59,785 bases of DNA from Candidatus Bathyarchaeota archaeon (lineage in GTDB: Archaea; Thermoproteota; Bathyarchaeia; Bathyarchaeales; Bathycorpusculaceae). This document shows, piece by piece, positions 9,765 through 19,249 of this stretch (its first letter is position 1; each line of letters opens with the position of its first letter). Under the pieces are notes generated by a model that saw nothing but the letters and a program-made list of their open reading frames with translations, ran no database searches and was not told the origin of the DNA. Made by a program: the position numbers and the translations under genes. Location of the stretch: contig CAWGZR010000002.1 in NCBI GenBank assembly GCA_963827165.1, positions 1-59,785 of the forward strand, given 5' to 3'.

Positions 9765-10637
9765 ATGGGAGCCAAAAAATTCATGGATAAAAAGAAGTTT
9801 TCAATCGCCATCCCCGCATCAACGATTTCGGATACGCCTCATCTTCGAGAGAAAACAGCGAAGATAGGGTTGATTGGGCGGGCAGCAGCGATTTTCAGGA
9901 TTGACGAAATCATCGTGTACCCGGACAACCCTAAAACTAACCAGGTTCGTGACACAGAGTTCATAGCGCTTCTGCTTCGTTACTTGGAGACTCCTCAATA
10001 CCTGCGTAAAAGTCTCTTTAGACTGGAGCCGAACCTGCAGTACGCTGGAATTCTGCCGCCCCTACGCACCCCTAATCATCCTGTAAGCGGCAAAACACGA
10101 GATTTGAAGGCTGGAATGTACCGTGAGGGCTTGGTGCAGTCCAAAGTTAAGGATGGGTTGCTTGTGGACATAGGTATTGAGCAACCTGCGATTTTGAGGG
10201 AGACACAGTTTGCCGTGGGCGAGCGTTTGACTCTTCAGGTTGTTAACGTGGGCGAACGCGTTGAAGCGCAGACGGTAAGCCGCGACGATGTTGATGTATA
10301 TTGGGGTTTCAGGGTTCAAGTGGAGCGCAAGCCGTTTGGGCAGATGGTTTCAGGCGGGGGCTTTGACCTAAAGATTGCCACGGCAAAACTCGGCGAAAAC
10401 TTCAAAAATGTTGCGGACAGAATCGGCGAGAAATGGAGCCGCGCCCAGCATATTTTGGTTGCGTTTGGAGCGCCATCACGAGGCTTGCATGAGATCGCAA
10501 AAGATGAGGGCGCCAGACTTGAGCGAATCGTTGATTTCGTCGTAAATACCATACCTGCCCAAGGCACGGCAACTGTTCGAACTGAAGAAGCTCTAATGGC
10601 TTCACTGGCAATTTTCAACGAACATTTTAGCTATTGA
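9765..10637 (+). CDS. SPOUT-class RNA methyltransferase (DUF171/C9orf114 family)
   Basis: SIAIPAS, IGRAAAIFRIDEI, YLETPQYLRK and QGTATVRTEEA motifs. Confidence 0.92.
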   Translation: MGAKKFMDKKKFSIAIPASTISDTPHLREKTAKIGLIGRAAAIFRIDEIIVYPDNPKTNQVRDTEFIALLLRYLETPQYLRKSLFRLEPNLQYAGILPPLRTPNHPVSGKTRDLKAGMYREGLVQSKVKDGLLVDIGIEQPAILRETQFAVGERLTLQVVNVGERVEAQTVSRDDVDVYWGFRVQVERKPFGQMVSGGGFDLKIATAKLGENFKNVADRIGEKWSRAQHILVAFGAPSRGLHEIAKDEGARLERIVDFVVNTIPAQGTATVRTEEALMASLAIFNEHFSY

Positions 10638-10674
10638 AATCCCCAAAACTAAACTTCAGATAGCCCGTTTTTCT

Positions 10675-11256
10675 TTAGACCTTGTTCTCTTTTAGTTGCC
10701 TGTATCGGAAGCAAAACGTCAGGTGGTCGTTTACTAAACCGGCGGCCTGCATGAAAGCGTAGCATATTGTAGGTCCAACAAACTTGAAACCCCTCTTCTT
10801 TAGGTCTTGGCTCATTGCTCTCGACTCATCTGTTTCCGCAGGCACTTCTGCAAAGCTCTTGAAAGCGTTTTGGATTGTTTTTCCGCCTACGAAACGCCAG
10901 ATGTAAGCATCGAAGCTGCCGAATTCCTTTTGTAGCAAGAGGAATTTTTCGGCATTGTTTATGGCGGCTTTGATTTTTAGTTGATTACGAACGATGTTGG
11001 ATGTCGTCATCAGGCGTTCAACATTAGCGGCTGTGTATTTTGCGATTTTTTGTGGGTCAAAGTTGTCGAAAGCTCTTCTGAAGTTGTCTCTTCGCTGAAG
11101 TATAAGCAGCCAGGTTAGGCCTGCTTGAAAACCGTCGAGGACTAAATATTCAAAGAGTTTGTTGTCGTTATGTACTGGGAAGCCCCATTCCTCATCATGA
11201 TATTTAATGTAAAGAGGATCGGTTGTTTCCCAACATCTTCTCAGCGTTGAATCCAT
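10675..11256 (-). CDS. tag: DNA-3-methyladenine glycosylase I
   Basis: YHDEEWG, FQAGLTW, GFKFVGPT and MQAAGLVNDH motifs. Confidence 0.95.
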   Translation of the reverse strand: MDSTLRRCWETTDPLYIKYHDEEWGFPVHNDNKLFEYLVLDGFQAGLTWLLILQRRDNFRRAFDNFDPQKIAKYTAANVERLMTTSNIVRNQLKIKAAINNAEKFLLLQKEFGSFDAYIWRFVGGKTIQNAFKSFAEVPAETDESRAMSQDLKKRGFKFVGPTICYAFMQAAGLVNDHLTFCFRYRQLKENKV

Positions 11257-11351
11257 AAGAGTGGATTATCAGGTTGTGGTTCTTAAGTTTAATCCAGATC
11301 TAATCGCGGTAACAGTCGGATGCTTTTTCATCCTTTTGGCTAAACAAATAA

Positions 11352-12524
11352 ATGCGGCGCTTACTATTTGCTCCATCTATGCCCTCTCTTGACCTCGCAA
11401 TGCCCATTGCACTGCTAGTTGTAGTTACCGTTGCCATGCTGCTTAACAAGCGTGTTTCTGGCAAGCTGCAGTCAACTATTGAAGAAAAAGAGTTGAAGAC
11501 AAGAGATGTGATCTTACTTATTGTCTTCATGGCAATCATCATTTCAGCAATAGCAGTAACAGCAACGTATGACCCTGGCGCAGTCTTCGAAAACATCCTC
11601 TTAATCTTTTTCCTGTCAGCCTACACCATGCTGCTATTCACGATTTCCTACGTCTTTTCCAGTCTCCCAAAGATCAGAGCCCAGTTGTTTTCAGTCGGCT
11701 TCGCTGTTGCAAGCGTAGCGGCTGGCGTTGTTTGCCTTTTAGCTCCATTTCATGATGGATATACAATCTACCGTGCAGTTGCATTTTTCAGTTTGGCTGG
11801 TTTCTGCTTTGCAGTTTCAGTTTATGCTGGGAAAGATAAGTCGCTTAAGGAGCGGTGGTATGTGGCTGTTCAGCCTCCAGCAATATTTGTGATGCTGTTT
11901 GTGTTCTTCAACTTCATCAATAACGCCGGAACAAGGGCGGTTTGGGCGCCGTATCTTATGGATGTTTTCGGGTTAACCTTTGCAATTTTAATAATTCTTT
12001 ATCTTAGCTCGCTTTTCAGTTGGAAAACCGTCGGGCTCTTCGCAGTTCTCCTAACAGCCATGGATGTGATTCTGGTCATCGGGACACCAGCGATGGTTAC
12101 AGCGGCAACTTCCTTTACTTCACTCGGACTTCCAGTGTTGGTATGGCTGCCCAATATTCCCCTTATGACTCAGGCAGGCGCCTACTTATTCAGGGGCCTC
12201 GGACTAGGCGACTTCTTCTTCGCAGGAGTACTGATCGTTCAAACACTCAACAAATTCGGCAGAAAGACCGCCCTTACAGCTGCCTTGGCAATCGCTGTAG
12301 CATTCGGAATTTGGGAAGCATACTTAGGTGACATAATCAACGGTTTGAAACCTATTCTTGGACGAGACATCGGCGGGTTCCCTGGAACTGTTATGATAAT
12401 CAGCGGTTGGGCACCCATCATCGGGTGGAAACTTCTCAGCGAACGCAGAAAGAACGCGAAAATGCCAATTGTTAATATGCCCTCGAAAGCTTCCGAAGAA
12501 CCAAGCAACTTGCCGATACAATAA
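11352..12524 (+). CDS. Presenilin/signal peptide peptidase-like intramembrane aspartyl protease (A22)
   Basis: Polytopic; TM aspartate in AMDVIL, GLGLGDF (GxGD) and PAL-equivalent FPGT. Confidence 0.8.
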   Translation: MRRLLFAPSMPSLDLAMPIALLVVVTVAMLLNKRVSGKLQSTIEEKELKTRDVILLIVFMAIIISAIAVTATYDPGAVFENILLIFFLSAYTMLLFTISYVFSSLPKIRAQLFSVGFAVASVAAGVVCLLAPFHDGYTIYRAVAFFSLAGFCFAVSVYAGKDKSLKERWYVAVQPPAIFVMLFVFFNFINNAGTRAVWAPYLMDVFGLTFAILIILYLSSLFSWKTVGLFAVLLTAMDVILVIGTPAMVTAATSFTSLGLPVLVWLPNIPLMTQAGAYLFRGLGLGDFFFAGVLIVQTLNKFGRKTALTAALAIAVAFGIWEAYLGDIINGLKPILGRDIGGFPGTVMIISGWAPIIGWKLLSERRKNAKMPIVNMPSKASEEPSNLPIQ

Positions 12525-12697
12525 CTTCTTCTGGCCTTAAGAATCCTAACACTTGGCTTGATTAGACATGCAATCGTTGTTTGTTGAACTTATTGTTTAA
12601 ATCTTCTCGCATTTTAGTTATGCGAGCGTACAATACATCCTGTTCAGACCCATTACTCTGTATTCACCAAAAAAATTGTGGGTTTAAATTGTAAAAA

Positions 12698-14947
12698 TTA
12701 GTATTTCGCATCTAGTTGTTTTTGGAGCTCTTTTATTTTTCGTTGTCTAGTTATGCTGCCTGCTCTTACCGCCAGAAAGACCCCTGATCCCGCTGCTGCA
12801 ATTATAATCACGAGTATGATGATTGTTTCCGTTATCTGCGAACTGTTGATTTCACTAACGCTGCCAGTTACAATGTTTACTTTCATTGTTAACGCTTGAC
12901 CTGTGTAGTCGATTGTTGCGTTTGTTGCTGGGTACCCTTCTTTGACAAATTTGAAGTTATATTCTCCCGTTATTGCGTTTTTGAAGGTGACGTACCCTGA
13001 TGAGTTTGTAACGTCGATTAATGCAGCCATTCCCGCAGGTTGGCTTGTTGAGGAAACCAAGGTGTTGCTTAGTGGTTGATTGTTTGCATCTTCAACTAGC
13101 CAAGTTATTGACCCTGTACTATTGGCTGTGGCTGTCGGGGTTAGGGTTGGAGTTGGCGTAATGGTTGGTGTTGGCGTCGGAGTTGCGGTAGCGTTGGGTG
13201 TTGGAGTGGGCGTCTGCGTGGGAGTGGGTGTTGGTGTTTGTGAAGGTGTTGGGGTTTGTGTTGGCGTTGGAGTTGGCGTAACAGCCGCCAAAACTGCAAG
13301 TTGCTCGGTGGCTTGGCCGCTAAAGTATCCGGTCTTGGCAACGTTCGCTGTAATAGCGCAATTTGATGCAGTGACCAAGTTTGGCGCTGTGAATGTTGAT
13401 TGGTAGGTTCCATTTCCAAAGTCTGTTGTGGTGCTGAATGTACCGCCGTTGTTTGATGAGAAGCTTACTGTTGCTCCGGATATTGGGATGCCATTGGCGA
13501 TTACTTGAGCTGTAATTGATGCGTAACCTGCACTGGCAACAGTTTGCGGGGTCGCTGTTTCTGTTATTTGCAGAGTAGGGTGGTCAATAAGATAGGTTGT
13601 TACTGTGCCTTGACCAGTAGTGTATCCTGCAGCTTGGGCTGTGATGGGGATTGACCCAGGAGCGTTAGTCACCGTTAAGATTGCTGTGGCTTGCGTATTG
13701 CCCGAGGGAATTGTCACTGTTGAACTGACTGTTCCTATCGTTGGGTTTTGTGAAAACAGATTGACACTTACGTCCTCTTCAAGGTTTTTTGCGGGTAGCC
13801 CTTGTGAGTCTTGAAGCTGCACAATAACAGCGGAATATGCTGCGTTATCGGCTGGAAGTGATGATGGTGCAACGTAGACAGCTAACTTTGGCGGAATAAA
13901 CTCTACTGTGCTTATTGACTGTGAGTCCGAACTCCAATCTGTTGCTGCTGCAACAATGGTTGTTGATCCAGCTGTATACGTAGAGTTGAAAGTGGCTACT
14001 GAGTAAGTTTGACCTGGTTCAATTTCTAAAGTCGAACCAATGTGCCCTATGTTTGTATCGGTTGAAATCAAATTGATGCCGACTACTGCAGACTCGCTTG
14101 CGATGTTTCCTGAACTATCCTGAAGTTCAACTGCAACTTGTGGATATGAGTTGTCGTCTGCCAGAATTGGGTTTGGTCCCACGAAGATCTTAAGATGTTT
14201 AGGACTAACTGGATTGATTGTTACACTTTTTGTTGTAATTGTCATCTGTCTAGATGCATATCCGTTTGCCAAAGTTGTGATGGTTGCGGCTCCTGGTGAG
14301 GTAGTTGTGAGGAAATTGGCTATTGCGTAAGTTTGCCCATATGGTATATTCACTGTAGGGTCAACAGTGCCAACACTGCTGTCCGAGCAGGATAATGTAA
14401 CGGTTACGCCATTTGGTGGTGCTCTTTGAGGTGATCCAGTTGAATCTTGTAATTGGATCATTATGGCTGGGTAGGTTCCTCCATCGGCCGGTAAGATTGA
14501 TGGAAATCCGTATATTGCTGTAGCCGACGGCAGTGGCGTGACTGTTGTTATGGTTGCTTGCTCCGTTGCGTAGCCTGTTGCGGAAACTGAGATTGTTGTG
14601 GTTCCTGGAGTTAGTGTTGTGTAAAAGTTTGCTGATGCGTAGGTTGCGTTTTTGAGTATAGTGATTGTCGGGTCTACTGTTCCAACATTGGTCAAAGAGG
14701 ACGATAGGCTTATAGTTGTATCTTGTAAGGCCCTAAAGGGTTGCCCGCTGGAATCGAGCAACTGAACGAAAACGCAGTTGTAAACATTGTTGTCAGCAAG
14801 CACGCTGGTTGGTGCAACATAAACATTAAGGACGGGATTACTTGCTGCAGCATGAGCAACGCTATTTAGGTTGAATGCTACAAACGCTGAAACTAATAAG
14901 ACGAAAACGATTGTTAAAGCTGCTACTTTCTTGGACATTTTCTTCAT
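12698..14947 (-). CDS. Cell-surface protein with tandem invasin/Ig-like domains, Pro-Thr linker and C-terminal TM
   Basis: Signal peptide; four repeats of P..L.AD...Y..V.VQL.DS.G.P; (TP)n linker at ~13135-13285; TM plus basic tail. Confidence 0.85.
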   Translation of the reverse strand: MKKMSKKVAALTIVFVLLVSAFVAFNLNSVAHAAASNPVLNVYVAPTSVLADNNVYNCVFVQLLDSSGQPFRALQDTTISLSSSLTNVGTVDPTITILKNATYASANFYTTLTPGTTTISVSATGYATEQATITTVTPLPSATAIYGFPSILPADGGTYPAIMIQLQDSTGSPQRAPPNGVTVTLSCSDSSVGTVDPTVNIPYGQTYAIANFLTTTSPGAATITTLANGYASRQMTITTKSVTINPVSPKHLKIFVGPNPILADDNSYPQVAVELQDSSGNIASESAVVGINLISTDTNIGHIGSTLEIEPGQTYSVATFNSTYTAGSTTIVAAATDWSSDSQSISTVEFIPPKLAVYVAPSSLPADNAAYSAVIVQLQDSQGLPAKNLEEDVSVNLFSQNPTIGTVSSTVTIPSGNTQATAILTVTNAPGSIPITAQAAGYTTGQGTVTTYLIDHPTLQITETATPQTVASAGYASITAQVIANGIPISGATVSFSSNNGGTFSTTTDFGNGTYQSTFTAPNLVTASNCAITANVAKTGYFSGQATEQLAVLAAVTPTPTPTQTPTPSQTPTPTPTQTPTPTPNATATPTPTPTITPTPTLTPTATANSTGSITWLVEDANNQPLSNTLVSSTSQPAGMAALIDVTNSSGYVTFKNAITGEYNFKFVKEGYPATNATIDYTGQALTMKVNIVTGSVSEINSSQITETIIILVIIIAAAGSGVFLAVRAGSITRQRKIKELQKQLDAKY

Positions 14948-15318
14948 TCTTCCTTTAATTCTTCAATAGAGCCAGTTTTGTCTTCATTATCCTCTTTAGG
15001 TAACAAGTTTAGCACTCCAGTGTTTGCTTCCTGGCAAAGCGTACATGTAATATTTGATAATTCAATATGATAATGCCTAGCCGATTCTGCGCATTGCTTT
15101 ATTCGGCATTCACTAACTATCGGTATTTTGTTTTTCGCTTCATCGCGCAAAATGAAGAGGGCGCACTGTCCATTTACGGCAAACTGACAATTGGCTTTCT
15201 TTAACTCTCCAAAAAAAGTTGCGTTTGATAGTATCTCAACTAATGTCAAGACTTCTTGAGTCTTCTGTTCTTCGAGTTGGTCTATCCGCAAATGGAGTTC
15301 CTCTATTTGATTACCCAT
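14944..15318 (-). CDS. Hypothetical Cys-rich protein, translationally coupled to the Ig-domain gene
   Basis: 124 aa; N-terminal coiled coil, several Cys/His; stop overlaps the next start. Confidence 0.7.
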   Translation of the reverse strand: MGNQIEELHLRIDQLEEQKTQEVLTLVEILSNATFFGELKKANCQFAVNGQCALFILRDEAKNKIPIVSECRIKQCAESARHYHIELSNITCTLCQEANTGVLNLLPKEDNEDKTGSIEELKEE

Positions 15319-15356
15319 TTGTTATTTTTCTTCCAAGCGTTAATTACCGAAGTTGT

Positions 15357-15373
15357 CTTATATACTGCGAAAG
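15357..15373 (-). promoter_or_regulatory. TATA box with atypical upstream element (CTTTCGCAGTATATAAG)
   Basis: About 40 nt upstream of ATG 15318; matches the pilin and ATPase promoters. Confidence 0.65.
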
Positions 15374-15418
15374 GAATTTGGGATCGTGCGGGAGCGATTA
15401 CGATTTTTTCAAAAACAA

Positions 15419-16222
15419 TTAGATTTGTTTTGTTACAGTCAAGGCAAGAATAGCTGGCATGGAAGTTTTTGAAGATCCTTTCAGCTTTCTAATTCTCGCT
15501 TCATTTGTATACACGGTTCTAGCCGATATGTGGAATATTTCACCTATTTTTTCTTTCGAAATTTTTACTTTGTTGCTTTTGCAGGTATTGTAGAATGCGC
15601 CTGCTGCAAGACCAATTGGGTTTCCGCCCGATCTTTTTATTTTGCACAAAATTTCATCGGTTTTGAGAATTAGTTCTTTGTTTTCGGATATTTTGCCGGC
15701 ATATTCATGTAGGTAGTCGCTGGCTGTTTTTCTTTGGATTCTTAGCGGTTTTTTCTCGGCGTTTAAAGTTTTGTTGAGCAGCCACGTTTGCTTCATGACG
15801 GTTTTGCTGTCGAGGCTTAGCTGTTGGCTTATTTCTTTTATTGGCCGCATCTTGTTGTATTCTTTTAGTGTCAAGTGCATTAGGGCTGCTATTGTTGCTC
15901 GCTTGTTTTTTGAAAGTTTCTGTGATTTGGCTAATGCGTGGTTATGGTTTCTTATTGTGCGAGCTGCTTCTTCTCGGTATGGGTAATTAGGAATGTTTAG
16001 TTGGCAGGAGACTGCTCTTAATGTGGTTAGCCACTCTTTGAGTGTTTCTGAGTCTTCTTCATCCCAGTTTGAGTACCATGTCGGAGTCCACTGAGCAAAG
16101 CCCTTTACAATCGGCGTTTGATCTAAGACTAGTCCGCATCTGCTGCAGATTTTTTCTCCGTCTGGACCTTGTGGGAAGATTAATGCGCTGTTACATGTGT
16201 GGCTGTTCAGATTTTTCACCAA
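15419..16222 (-). CDS. tfb: Divergent transcription factor B (TFB/TFIIB) paralogue
   Basis: Zn ribbon (GEKICSRCGLVL), two cyclin repeats (GGNPIGLAAGAFY), C-terminal HTH; B-reader/linker largely absent. Confidence 0.85.
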   Translation of the reverse strand: MVKNLNSHTCNSALIFPQGPDGEKICSRCGLVLDQTPIVKGFAQWTPTWYSNWDEEDSETLKEWLTTLRAVSCQLNIPNYPYREEAARTIRNHNHALAKSQKLSKNKRATIAALMHLTLKEYNKMRPIKEISQQLSLDSKTVMKQTWLLNKTLNAEKKPLRIQRKTASDYLHEYAGKISENKELILKTDEILCKIKRSGGNPIGLAAGAFYNTCKSNKVKISKEKIGEIFHISARTVYTNEARIRKLKGSSKTSMPAILALTVTKQI

Positions 16223-16594
16223 TTGTTGCTTCTTTTTGATTCATCTAATTGAAATCCTATTGAATCATAACTCAAAGTGCTATTATTTGTTGCGAATAGT
16301 GTATTAATATCGGAAATTTATATTCTGAATTATATATTTTGAAATAAATATGCGGAGAATTTGTTTCCAGAAAGAACCAGTACCAAAAAATATCGAAAAA
16401 AGATGCAAATTTGAATTTTTGTTTTCCATGAGCGCGAAATCTTTGCGATCAGGGTTGAACTCAAAATGAAATGAATGAATATGATGCCGAGTTTGAGAAG
16501 ACACCCTGTTCTTGGCAGCATCAGCATTCAACGGGAACTATTTGTCGACAGATCTATGCGATAACTATCAAACCTAATACACGGGACGAAATTC

Positions 16595-16611
16595 GAAACG
16601 CAGTTTATAAG
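16595..16611 (+). promoter_or_regulatory. Pilin 1 promoter (GAAACGCAGTTTATAAG)
   Basis: TATA box followed by a leader with GGAGGTG RBS and ATG 16671. Confidence 0.7.
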
Positions 16612-16854
16612 GGAACTTCTTGAAGGGAATGTCAAATGGAAAGTTCAGCAGGGAGGTGTTTGATAAAAAAATGAATTTCAAAAGAATGATGAAAAACTCG
16701 AAAGCTATTTCACCAATTTTCGCTACCCTTATTCTTATTGCGATTGCAGTTATTGCCGGTGTGGTGGTTTACATGTTTACAAGCGGAACCTTAGCAACCA
16801 TGACAGCGGAGGAACAGCAGGACAAGAAAAAGTTACCGTGCAAGCAGCAAGCAT
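16606..16854 (+). repeat. Direct repeat copy 1 (~249 bp: TATA, 5'UTR and pilin N-terminus)
   Basis: Near-identical to 17554..17802. Confidence 0.95.
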
Positions 16855-17157
16855 TGTCGTTAACGACTTAAAGGTCTTACAAATAAAGTTTATCTTGAGC
16901 AAACAGGGCGGTCCAGCTGCAACTGTGAACAGCTTAATAATTAAAGACACTTCAGGAAATACTGTCGGTGTTATATCGGGCACAAACGCTTTTGGTAATG
17001 GCGTTAGTACCGTAGCCTTGACTTCTGGAATGCTGACTACTTCACTAGTACCACTCCAACAACGGGTCTAACTGTAGGCAGTTCATACACAATTACTGTA
17101 ACAACTGCAGCAGGCGGTAGTTTCGTTTCACCATCAGTCGTAGCAACTTCATCTTAA
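16671..17157 (+). CDS. Archaeal type IV pilin 1 (several indels in this sequence)
   Basis: Class III signal KNSKA/ISPIFATLILIAIAVIAG; ends ...YTITVTTAAGGSFVSPSVVATSS*; about 4 indels relative to pilin 2. Confidence 0.85.
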
Positions 17158-17542
17158 ATCAATGGGTTTTTCCACCCATAGCCTTTCTATTTTTACTTTA
17201 CAGGAAAACATCCGCTGTTAAAAATAGTTAATTTTTCTAATTAAAATAAATTAAATTCAACTAATGCATAGTCGAAAGGATGCGTAAAAAAGTAACAGAG
17301 AATATTTAAAAAAAATGGTCCCCAATGGTTTTGGCTCCTCGGTCTGATTTTTTTTCTCCTTTCAAAGTTTGTCATGTTCCAGACGTAGCAAAGTATTTCA
17401 ATGTGCTCTGAGAAATATGCCGCTATTTTAGGGCAGGCTATATCGAAGAAGGCCGTACACATTTTTGCTATTCATTAACTTTTTTGGAAATGGCAAGTTT
17501 TTGTTTTCTATAAACATCTTTATTCGTGATATATACTGGCGT

Positions 17543-17559
17543 GAAACACGGTATATAAG
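17543..17559 (+). promoter_or_regulatory. Pilin 2 promoter (GAAACACGGTATATAAG)
   Basis: Same spacing to ATG 17618 as in pilin 1. Confidence 0.7.
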
Positions 17560-17802
17560 GGAACTTCTTGAAGGGAATGTCAAATGGAAAGTTCATCAGG
17601 GAGGTGTTTGATAAAAAATGAATTTCAAAAGAATGATGAAAAATTCGAAAGCTATTTCACCAATTTTCGCTACCCTTATTCTTATTGCGATTGCAGTTAT
17701 TGCTGGTGTGGTGGTTTACATGTTTACAAGCGGAACCTTGGCAACCATGACTAGCGGAGGAACAGCAGGACAAGAAAAAGTTACCGTGCAAGCAGCAAGC
17801 AT
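17554..17802 (+). repeat. Direct repeat copy 2
   Basis: Near-identical to 16606..16854. Confidence 0.95.
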
Positions 17803-18101
17803 ATCTGCCGGCGGTAAAACAACAGTGTATCTTGAGCAGACAGGTGGCCCAGCGGCAACCGTGAACAGCATAATAATTAAAGAACTTCAGGAACCACAGT
17901 CGGTGTTATATCCGTGCACTGGTAGTTTAGCTCGCGAATGGTGGAACCGCAGGAAGCACCGTGGCCTTAACTTCAGGAACAATGTTCACTATTGTTGGTA
18001 CCACTCCATCAGGATTAGTTGCTGGCAGTTCATACTCAGTCACTGTTACCACTGCAGCGGGAGGAAGTTTCGTTTCATCCCAAGTAGTAGCAGTTACTTA
18101 A
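17618..18101 (+). CDS. Archaeal type IV pilin 2 (several indels in this sequence)
   Basis: Same N-terminus as pilin 1; ends ...YSVTVTTAAGGSFVSSQVVAVT*; about 3 indels in 17880-17935. Confidence 0.85.
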
Positions 18102-18716
18102 ACCCTTTGGGCTTTTTTCCCAATATTCCATTTTCTAACTTCAGCAAACATATTTTTTGGTCATTGTTTGTCAATTTTCCCTTCTGAAACAGGTCAATTT
18201 AACTATTGTCTCCAAAGAGACCAATGGTAAATAAAAACACTGCTAACATTTTTGCGGAACTAACCAAAATATCCCTGTGAAAGAATTAGAATCGAAAAAT
18301 GGTAAGTCGAACCACTTAAGCAATAGGTTTTCAGCGAGCCATTGATATTTAGAATAGGTCAAAATGTTTTTGATTCGTGTATTCCCTTAAGTTACTAAAC
18401 TTATCGCAAAAAGAAATTCCTATGAATTGACTGCTGCAAGTTTGAAGCTTGGATAGTGAATTTCGAAATAAAAAAAGGAACGTCGTCTGGTGTCAAATTG
18501 ATCGTCAAGTGCATGAGGATAATTTCCATTTCTAAAAAAACCTACTTTATTAATGAACTGTCGGAATGAACTGGCAGAAAGCGGTAGAATGCTGAGTACA
18601 GATCGAGAGTTGTCTGTGAAAACAGGGAATGAATTTCGAGTTTCCATTGTTTCTCTTAGGGTTAAGTCTATCTCAAGCTTGGCCTATCCAAAAATTAACC
18701 GGTGAGGAGTCAACAA

Positions 18717-19249
18717 ATGGTTAAACGCAAACATAACTTTAGGCCCTTTGGTAGGCGTGCTCTTAGTCCAATATTTGCCACAATGTTGTTAGCCGCAATC
18801 GTAATTGTTTTTGGCTCAGTCGCTTACTATTTTTCAAGCAATCTTACATCCACAGTAACAAACAATTATGCTAGCACCATGTCGAATAGTCAGCAAGCGG
18901 TTGCGGAGAGAGTGGGATTCGAATATGTGCAGCACAGTTCTTCGTCATTAACTGTTTACATAATTAATTGCGGAAGCTCCAATAACATACAAATCGACTC
19001 CGTGTTCATCTATGATTCAAACAATAACATTCAGGGAGATTATTCTGGTTCGCCAAGTCCAATTTCATATTTGTATCTATAGGCGGGAATGGCGCCTTAA
19101 TCAACGGGAACGGTAAAAGCCTTAACGTCGGACAGGAAGCATACTTTACCGTCACGTTAACTGGTTCCTCTCTAAACACTGGTTCTTCATACATTATTCA
19201 CCTTGTAACTAAAAGCGGGAGCAGTTTCAATTATGATTTCACGGCGTGA
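18717..19249 (+). CDS. Minor pilin-like protein; frameshift near 19075
   Basis: GRRA/LSPIFATMLLAAIVIV class III signal; continues in another frame ...SLNVGQEAYF...YIIHLVTKSGSSFNYDFTA*. Confidence 0.8.

Noticed and set aside
13135-13285. GT-rich tandem repeats
   Set aside because: Explained by the Pro-Thr linker of the minus-strand surface protein.
16606-17802. Pilin repeat pair as a DGR template/variable repeat
   Set aside because: No reverse transcriptase in the window, differences are not adenine-specific, and the repeat covers the constant N-terminus.
16304-18647. Short minus-strand ORFs in AT-rich spacers (16304, 16330, 17241, 18420)
   Set aside because: No motifs, biased composition, and they lie in AT-rich intergenic spacers.
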